Assembly (NCBI GenBank): GCA_022566265.1
Contig: JADFJG010000001.1
Span: 63,647-105,228 of the forward strand
Origin: Pseudomonadota bacterium
GTDB taxonomy: Bacteria; Pseudomonadota; Alphaproteobacteria; SMXQ01
Direction of reading: 5' to 3'
DNA: 41,582 nt
Shown here: positions 35,972 through 41,582 of the stretch, in pieces
Layout of the letters: every line of letters starts with the position of its first letter
Numbering within the stretch: the first letter of the stretch is position 1
Made by a program: the position numbers and the translations under genes
The notes under the pieces: generated by a model
What the model saw: the letters and a program-made list of their open reading frames with translations, nothing else
Told to the model about the DNA's origin: nothing
Databases searched by the model: none

Positions 35972-37438
35972 ATGATGAGTGGCGGGAATCTCCAACATAA
36001 ATTCACCTACGATGACCTTCGCGAATGGATCGTGGAGGCGGACAAGCTGGGCGAGGTGCGCTATGTCGACGGCCTCTCCTGGGAGCGGGAGATCGGCATG
36101 GCGACCGAGCTTCTGCACCACAGTGATCCGGCGCCGGCGGCGCTTTTCGACAATATACCGGGGTATCCCAAGGGCTTTCGCGTGCTGACCAATTTCTTCG
36201 GCGGCAAGCGACAGAACATGACCATCGGCTTCGCCCAAGGGCTCAACCGGCTGGAGCTCAGCGAAGGCTTCCTCGAGGTATACGAGAACGAGGACAACCA
36301 GCCGGTGCCCCATGAGATCGTCGATGACGGTCCGATCTTGGAAAATGTCATAACCGGCGACGACGTCGACATCACCATGTTCCCGACCCCGAAGTGGCAC
36401 GAGGACGATGGCGGGCGCTATATCGGCACCGGCTGCTTCAACGTCACCCGCGACCCCGAGGAAGACTGGATCAATGTCGGCACCTACCGGGTGATGATTC
36501 ATGACAAGAAGACCGTCGGATTTTACATCTCACCGGGCAAGCACGGCCGCATCCACCGTGACAAATACGCCGCCCGCGGCGAGATGATGCCCTCCGTCAT
36601 CGTATTGGGCGGCGATCCGATGACCTTCCTGATGTCCTCGTCCGAGGTGCCCTACGGGCTTTGCGAGTTCGACCTGATGGGCGGCCTCAGGGGCAAGCCG
36701 CTGAAATGCGTCAAGGGCAAGATCACCGGCCTGCCGTTCCCCGCCAACGCCGAGATCGTTATCGAGGGCTGGATCGACCCCAAGGAATTCCGCCTCGAGG
36801 GGCCGTTCGGCGAGTGGACCGGATATTACGCATCGGACGTGCGCGAAGAGCCCGTCATGCACGTCGAGGCCATCTATCACCGCAACGACCCGATCATGCT
36901 CGGCTGTCCGCCGCAACGCCCGCCGGACGAGTTGGCGCGTTACCGGGCGGTGGCGAGATCGGCGCTTCTGAAGCGGTCGATCAAGGCCGCCGGCGTGCCG
37001 GACGTCACCTCGGTCTGGGCCCATGAGGTCGGCACCGCGCGCATGCTGGTGGCGATATCGATCAAGCAGCGTTACGCCGGCCACGCCGCCCAGGCCGGCC
37101 ATGTCGCCTGTCAGTGCCACGTCGGCGCCTATGCCGGCAAGTACGTCATCGTCGTCGACGACGACATCGATGTCTCCGACCTCGAACAGGTGATCTGGGC
37201 GATGCTCACGCGCTCCGATCCGGCGACGTCCATCGACATCGTCCACAACGCCTGGTCGACGCCGCTGGATCCCAGGATCCCGCCGGAAGAGAAGGCGAAG
37301 GGGAACTTCACCAACTCCCGCGCCGTCATCGACGCCTGCCGCCCGTACCACTGGCGCGACCAGTTCCCCAAGGTCAACATGCCGAGCGCCGAATTGGCCA
37401 AGGAGACCCGCGAGCGGTTCTCCTATCTCCTCGACTGA
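35972..37438 (+). CDS. UbiD-family prFMN-dependent (de)carboxylase
   Basis: DLREWI, DGGRYIGT, NVGTYR, PANAEIVIEG, EGPFGEWTGYY, VIVVDDDIDV, VIDAC. Confidence 0.93.
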   Translation: MMSGGNLQHKFTYDDLREWIVEADKLGEVRYVDGLSWEREIGMATELLHHSDPAPAALFDNIPGYPKGFRVLTNFFGGKRQNMTIGFAQGLNRLELSEGFLEVYENEDNQPVPHEIVDDGPILENVITGDDVDITMFPTPKWHEDDGGRYIGTGCFNVTRDPEEDWINVGTYRVMIHDKKTVGFYISPGKHGRIHRDKYAARGEMMPSVIVLGGDPMTFLMSSSEVPYGLCEFDLMGGLRGKPLKCVKGKITGLPFPANAEIVIEGWIDPKEFRLEGPFGEWTGYYASDVREEPVMHVEAIYHRNDPIMLGCPPQRPPDELARYRAVARSALLKRSIKAAGVPDVTSVWAHEVGTARMLVAISIKQRYAGHAAQAGHVACQCHVGAYAGKYVIVVDDDIDVSDLEQVIWAMLTRSDPATSIDIVHNAWSTPLDPRIPPEEKAKGNFTNSRAVIDACRPYHWRDQFPKVNMPSAELAKETRERFSYLLD

Positions 37439-37470
37439 TACCAAGGGTCATTATCAAGGACCTTTGGTAT
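37438..37470. repeat. Palindromic hairpin (REP-like or terminator) right after the ubiD stop
   Basis: ATACCAAGGGTC-attatcaag-GACCTTTGGTAT, a 12-bp stem with one G-T pair. Confidence 0.65.
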
Positions 37471-37784
37471 AAGGCGCGGGCGGTTTCGCGGTCGCCGGTC
37501 CGCGATCGAACGCGGGGGGCGAAAACGAGCACGACGGCCCGGTTCGCGATTGAAACCGCCGGCGTCACGATCAAATGGAAGCTCGAGGGAAGCGGTCTTC
37601 GGACCGCTTCTTAATTCATGGGCCCGCCTGGCGTAGAGGCGCGAGGAATTGACGGGTGACTTTTGAACACAAATTGTTATAACCGATTAACTTTTCGGAA
37701 GGGACGGGCTTACAAGGGCCCGTTCCGATCTGATCGCCGCTCGGGTCAGAGCAAACCCGGCTAATATGGGAAATAGATTGATCA

Positions 37785-38858
37785 ATGAGGGCAGGCAGGA
37801 TGAGCTTCGTTGCGAAAGGGCTTTTCAACATGTTCCATCCGTTTCGGTTTGTCGGACGGCCGACGCGGTCTTTCGCGGCGTCAATGGCAATCACCGTTTT
37901 CGTCGTCGCTGTCTGGGCGGTCCCTGCAGCCATTTCGGCCGAGGCGAGGGAAGAGAAAACGGTGACGGTGGCCATGTCCCTGACGCCGCTCTCGGCGCCC
38001 ATAATCGTTGCGAAAAGCAAGGGATACTTCACGAAGAATGGCCTCGACGTGACCATCAAGGAATTCATCGGTGGCTTCCGCACCATCAAGGCCGTTTTCG
38101 AAGGTAAAGCCGACATCGCCACGAGTTCGGAGGCCGTGGTCATGTTCAACAGTTTCGAGCGGACCGACTTCGCCGTCATCTGCACCTTCGTTTCGTCCGA
38201 TAATGATGTGAAGATCCTCACCCGAAAAAACACGGGCATCCGCACGGTGCGCGAAATGGTTGGCCATCGCGTTGGCACCGTGACGGGTGCGTCGGCTCAG
38301 TTCTTTCTGGATGAAACCCTCATGTTGAATGGCATCGACGACTCTCAGATCGAGATGGTGCATGTTAATCCCGAAGACTCTCCGTCGTCCCTGGCGAACG
38401 GCGACGTCGATGTCGTCGTGGTGTGGGAGCCCCTAGCCTATTTGACCGAGAAGAAGTTGGGTAGGGAGGCCGTAGTGGTGCCCCACGAAAGAGCCTACAC
38501 GGAGACTTTTAACGCCGTGGTCCTGCGGGAATATGCGGATAAGAACCCGGAGGTCCTTGAACGCTTTGTTCGCGCGCTCATCGAAGCAATTGAATTCATT
38601 CGGGTCAATCCCGACGAATCCCAGCGCATCGTCTCGGAGCGCATCAACAATGACTTCGAGTTCGTCAAGGCGGTGTGGAAGGATTTCGAATTTGGCGTCA
38701 GCCTTCATCAGTGGCTCATAAACACTCTTGAAGCGCAGGCGCGCTGGGCTATTAGTCATCATCTGGTGACCGCCGACAGGATTCCCAATTATTTGGATTT
38801 CCTTCATCTGAAAGCCTTGGATAGGGTACGCTCCGACTCGATAACGGTGTTCCGCTAA
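37785..38858 (+). CDS. SsuA/NMT1-like periplasmic solute-binding protein, with no adjacent ABC permease or ATPase
   Basis: Signal peptide; KGYFTKNGLDV, GKADIA, GDVDVVVVWEP, NPEVLERFVRAL, IPNYLDF. Start uncertain (37785-37885). Confidence 0.85.
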   Translation: MRAGRMSFVAKGLFNMFHPFRFVGRPTRSFAASMAITVFVVAVWAVPAAISAEAREEKTVTVAMSLTPLSAPIIVAKSKGYFTKNGLDVTIKEFIGGFRTIKAVFEGKADIATSSEAVVMFNSFERTDFAVICTFVSSDNDVKILTRKNTGIRTVREMVGHRVGTVTGASAQFFLDETLMLNGIDDSQIEMVHVNPEDSPSSLANGDVDVVVVWEPLAYLTEKKLGREAVVVPHERAYTETFNAVVLREYADKNPEVLERFVRALIEAIEFIRVNPDESQRIVSERINNDFEFVKAVWKDFEFGVSLHQWLINTLEAQARWAISHHLVTADRIPNYLDFLHLKALDRVRSDSITVFR

Positions 38859-38889
38859 GTGTCGATATTGCACCGGACTGGACCGAACG

Positions 38890-41582
38890 ATGCCCTTCGG
38901 TAGGACCCGAATAACAACAATCGTCTTCGCTGGCGCGCTGATTTCGATGGTCGCCAGTGTGTTGATCGGGACGGGCTTGTGGTTCGCCCACCAGAATTAT
39001 CGCGAAGCGGTGATGGGGGACCGCTTCGCCGCGGCGGTCGTCACGGCGGCATTCCAACTCACGACCCTGACCGGAGATTACCTGCTCTACCGGGAAGAAC
39101 GAGCGGCGATTCAATGGGTCCGCAAGCACGAATCCCTGGGTGAATTGTTGCGAAATCCCGGGTTCGGCGCCGGCAAGGGGGACCGGATTATTTCGCGGCT
39201 TGGCCGCGATCATTCCGTGGCTGGGAATTTGTTCGCGCGCGCCACCAAGATACCGGTGGAAAATCAAGCTAGCGGGAATTCCCCCGAAGCCAATGTGATG
39301 CGCGAGAAGAGATTGATGACCGCGTTGCTGACGGCGACGCAAGCAATGGTGTCCCAGGCTTCGCTGCTGTCGAAGCAAAATCGGCTGGTGCTGGACGCGG
39401 CCATCGAATGGACCACACGGTTAATCCTAGGATTCGGTTTGTTGTTGATGGGTCTGTTTATGGGCCTGTGGTTGGTGCTGGCGCGGCGCGTCGTATTGCC
39501 GATCCGGGAGTTAAAGAAAGGCATCGATGCGTTCGGCGGCGGCGACCTCGATCATCGCCTCTTGTCGAGGCATGCCGATGAGATCGGGGAGGTGGCGGTC
39601 GCGTTCAACGAGATGGCGGGGAGGCTGCGGGAAACCTTGGTCTCCCGGGACGAGATGGCCAAGGAGGTGGCGGAGCGCAAAGAGGCGGAGCGGGAAATCT
39701 CCGAGAAATCGGCGCTGCTGGAGACGACGTTCGAGAGCATGTCCCAGGCCATCGCCGTCTTCGACGCCGATCTCAAGCTCATCGCCAACAACCAGAGATA
39801 TCTCGATCTTCGTGCCTACCCGAAAGGCTATATTCATCCCGGATTGCCCTACGAGGAGATCGTCCGTTTCAACGCCGAGCGGGGCGAATACGGCCCCGGC
39901 GATAGCGAAAAACAGGTGAAGGAGCGGCTCAACGCGGCAAGACAAGGGAAACCGTGGCGAACGGAATACACGAAAGCCGACGGCACCGTCCTTGCCGTCG
40001 GGTTCGACCCAATACCGGACGGCGGCTTTGTCGCCACCTTCGCCGACATCACCGAGCGCAAGAAATCCGAGGGGGAGATTGCCGAGAAATCGGCGGTGCT
40101 GGAGACGGCGTTCGAGAGCATGTCCCAGGGCATGACCGTTTATGACGCCGATCTCAAGCTCATCGGCTTCAACCAAAAATATATCGAGATCCTCGGCTAT
40201 CCCGCTGACTTCATTCGCATCGGCAGGCCGTTCGAGGAAATCGCCCGGTTCAGGGCCGAACGCGGCGAATACGGTCCGGGCGATGCCGAGAAGCTGGCGG
40301 CGAAATCGGTGAAAGCGGCGCGCCAGGGAAAGGCGACGCGCGACGAATTTACCCGGCCCGACGGCGCGGTATTCGCGATACGGCGCGACCCGCTGCCGGA
40401 CGGCGGTTTCGTCACCACCCTCACCGACATCACCGAGCGCAAGAAGGCCGAGGATGAGGTCGCCGAAAAATCGGCGCTGCTGGAGACGACGTTCGAGAGC
40501 ATGTCCCAGGGCATCGTCGCCTATGACGGCGATCTCAAGCTCGTCGCCTTCAACCAGAACTTCGTCGATTTCGGCGGTTATCCTGCCGACTTCATCCGCC
40601 TCGGCATGCAATATCAGGATATCGTCCGTGCCAGGGCGAAGCGCGGTGATTACGGCCCCATCGAGGACATCGACGCGCTGGTGCGTGAGCGCGTCGCCGC
40701 CCGGCGAAAGGGCGAAGTCATCCACCGCGAGCGCACCTTGGCGGACGGGCGGGTCATCACCGTCAGGCGCGATCCCATGCCGGACGGCGGTTACGTGACG
40801 ACCCTCACCGATATCACCGAGCGCAAGCGGGCGGAACAGGAAATCGCCGAGAAGTCGGCGGTGCTGGAGACGACGTTCGAGAGCATGTCCCAGGGGATTG
40901 TCGTCTATGACGCCGATCTCAAGCTTGTCGCCTACAACCAAAAATTCATCGATCTCCAGGGCCTGCCGCCTGAATTCCTTCGTTTGGGCATGCCGTACGA
41001 GGATTTCTTCCGGTTCAACGCCGAACGGGGCGAATACGGCCCCGGCGATGTGGAGGAACAGGTGAGAGAGCGCATCGATCGGGCGCGTCAGGGCGACGCG
41101 ATCGGGATCAAGCGCACGCGCCCGGACGGCACCGTCCTGGCCATCCAACGCGACCCCCTGCCGGAGGGAGGCTGTGTCACCACTTTCACCGACATCACCG
41201 AGCGCAAGCGGGCGGAAGAGGAGATCGCCGAGAAGTCGGCGGTGCTGGAGACGACGTTCGAGAGCATGTCCCAGGGGATTGTCGTCTACGACGGCGATCT
41301 AACTATCGTTGCTTTCAACCAGAACTACGTCGATTTCTGCGGCTATCCGCCCGACTTCATCCGTCTCGGCATACAGTATCAGGACATCGTCCGCGCCAAG
41401 GCGAAGCGCGGCGATTACGGTCCGGTGGCCGACATCGAGGCGCTGGTGCGTGAGCGCGTGGCGGGGCGGTGGAAGGGCGGAGTCATTCGGCGCGAGCGCA
41501 CCCTGCCGGACGGCAGGATCATCGCCGTCAGGCGCGATCCCATGCCGGACGGCGGTTACGTGACAACCCTCACCGACGTCAG
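38890..41582 (+). CDS. Membrane sensor protein (2 TM, periplasmic helical domain, HAMP, at least five tandem PAS domains); truncated at the right edge, output domain not visible
   Basis: Manual translation from ATG 38890: MPFGRTRITTIVFAGAL...DYLLYREERAAIQW...TM...PIRELKKGIDAFGGGDLDHR...DEIGEVAVAFNEMA (HAMP), then repeated EKSALLETTFESMSQ...DADLKL...N...DGG..T..DITERK. Confidence 0.9.
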   Translation, partial: MPFGRTRITTIVFAGALISMVASVLIGTGLWFAHQNYREAVMGDRFAAAVVTAAFQLTTLTGDYLLYREERAAIQWVRKHESLGELLRNPGFGAGKGDRIISRLGRDHSVAGNLFARATKIPVENQASGNSPEANVMREKRLMTALLTATQAMVSQASLLSKQNRLVLDAAIEWTTRLILGFGLLLMGLFMGLWLVLARRVVLPIRELKKGIDAFGGGDLDHRLLSRHADEIGEVAVAFNEMAGRLRETLVSRDEMAKEVAERKEAEREISEKSALLETTFESMSQAIAVFDADLKLIANNQRYLDLRAYPKGYIHPGLPYEEIVRFNAERGEYGPGDSEKQVKERLNAARQGKPWRTEYTKADGTVLAVGFDPIPDGGFVATFADITERKKSEGEIAEKSAVLETAFESMSQGMTVYDADLKLIGFNQKYIEILGYPADFIRIGRPFEEIARFRAERGEYGPGDAEKLAAKSVKAARQGKATRDEFTRPDGAVFAIRRDPLPDGGFVTTLTDITERKKAEDEVAEKSALLETTFESMSQGIVAYDGDLKLVAFNQNFVDFGGYPADFIRLGMQYQDIVRARAKRGDYGPIEDIDALVRERVAARRKGEVIHRERTLADGRVITVRRDPMPDGGYVTTLTDITERKRAEQEIAEKSAVLETTFESMSQGIVVYDADLKLVAYNQKFIDLQGLPPEFLRLGMPYEDFFRFNAERGEYGPGDVEEQVRERIDRARQGDAIGIKRTRPDGTVLAIQRDPLPEGGCVTTFTDITERKRAEEEIAEKSAVLETTFESMSQGIVVYDGDLTIVAFNQNYVDFCGYPPDFIRLGIQYQDIVRAKAKRGDYGPVADIEALVRERVAGRWKGGVIRRERTLPDGRIIAVRRDPMPDGGYVTTLTDV
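39703..41582 (+). repeat. Five tandem PAS-encoding repeats of ~381 bp
   Basis: Unit starts (ga[g/a]aa[a/g]tcggcg.tgctggagacg.cgttcgagagcatgtcccagg) at 39703, 40084, 40465, 40849 and 41230; periods 381, 381, 384, 381. Confidence 0.92.

Noticed and set aside
39703-41582. CRISPR-like periodic repeats
   Set aside because: The ~381-bp period is in frame and encodes PAS domains. No CRISPR array, cas gene, tRNA or rRNA was recognised anywhere in the window.

Overview
GC-rich bacterial DNA, most likely an alphaproteobacterium (inferred from codon style, a perfect CtrA box and a PleC/DivJ-type kinase). From left to right the window holds: a 5' fragment of a nitrite/sulfite reductase with a consensus sigma70 promoter; heme A synthase; a TAXI-TRAP transporter followed by a NagGH-like Rieske oxygenase alpha/beta pair; a PAS histidine kinase; a small secreted repeat protein; a VOC enzyme; and glnS. 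Next is a ~3.5 kb AT-richer insert encoding a type IIG-like adenine methyltransferase with an apparently degenerate nuclease domain plus an unknown 182-aa partner, then a DSD1-family PLP enzyme and an integrase relic. A ~10.4 kb operon follows, in which two tandem-duplicated, signal-peptide-bearing metallo-amidohydrolases precede a MoxR / DUF58 / MxaA-K-like / VWA / VWA module mirroring the mxaRSACKL metal-insertion genes of methanol dehydrogenase. After that come a minus-strand aromatic ring-cleavage cluster (reductase, Rieske ferredoxin, CMD-like, OCD-like, cupin dioxygenase, DapA-like aldolase), an AAA ATPase preceded by a CtrA box, a UbiD decarboxylase, and an orphan solute-binding protein followed by a truncated HAMP + five-PAS sensor. 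The best candidates for an undescribed system are (1) the amidohydrolase-linked MoxR/VWA maturation operon and (2) the two-gene methyltransferase + small effector island. All family assignments come from motif recognition by eye; no searches were run.
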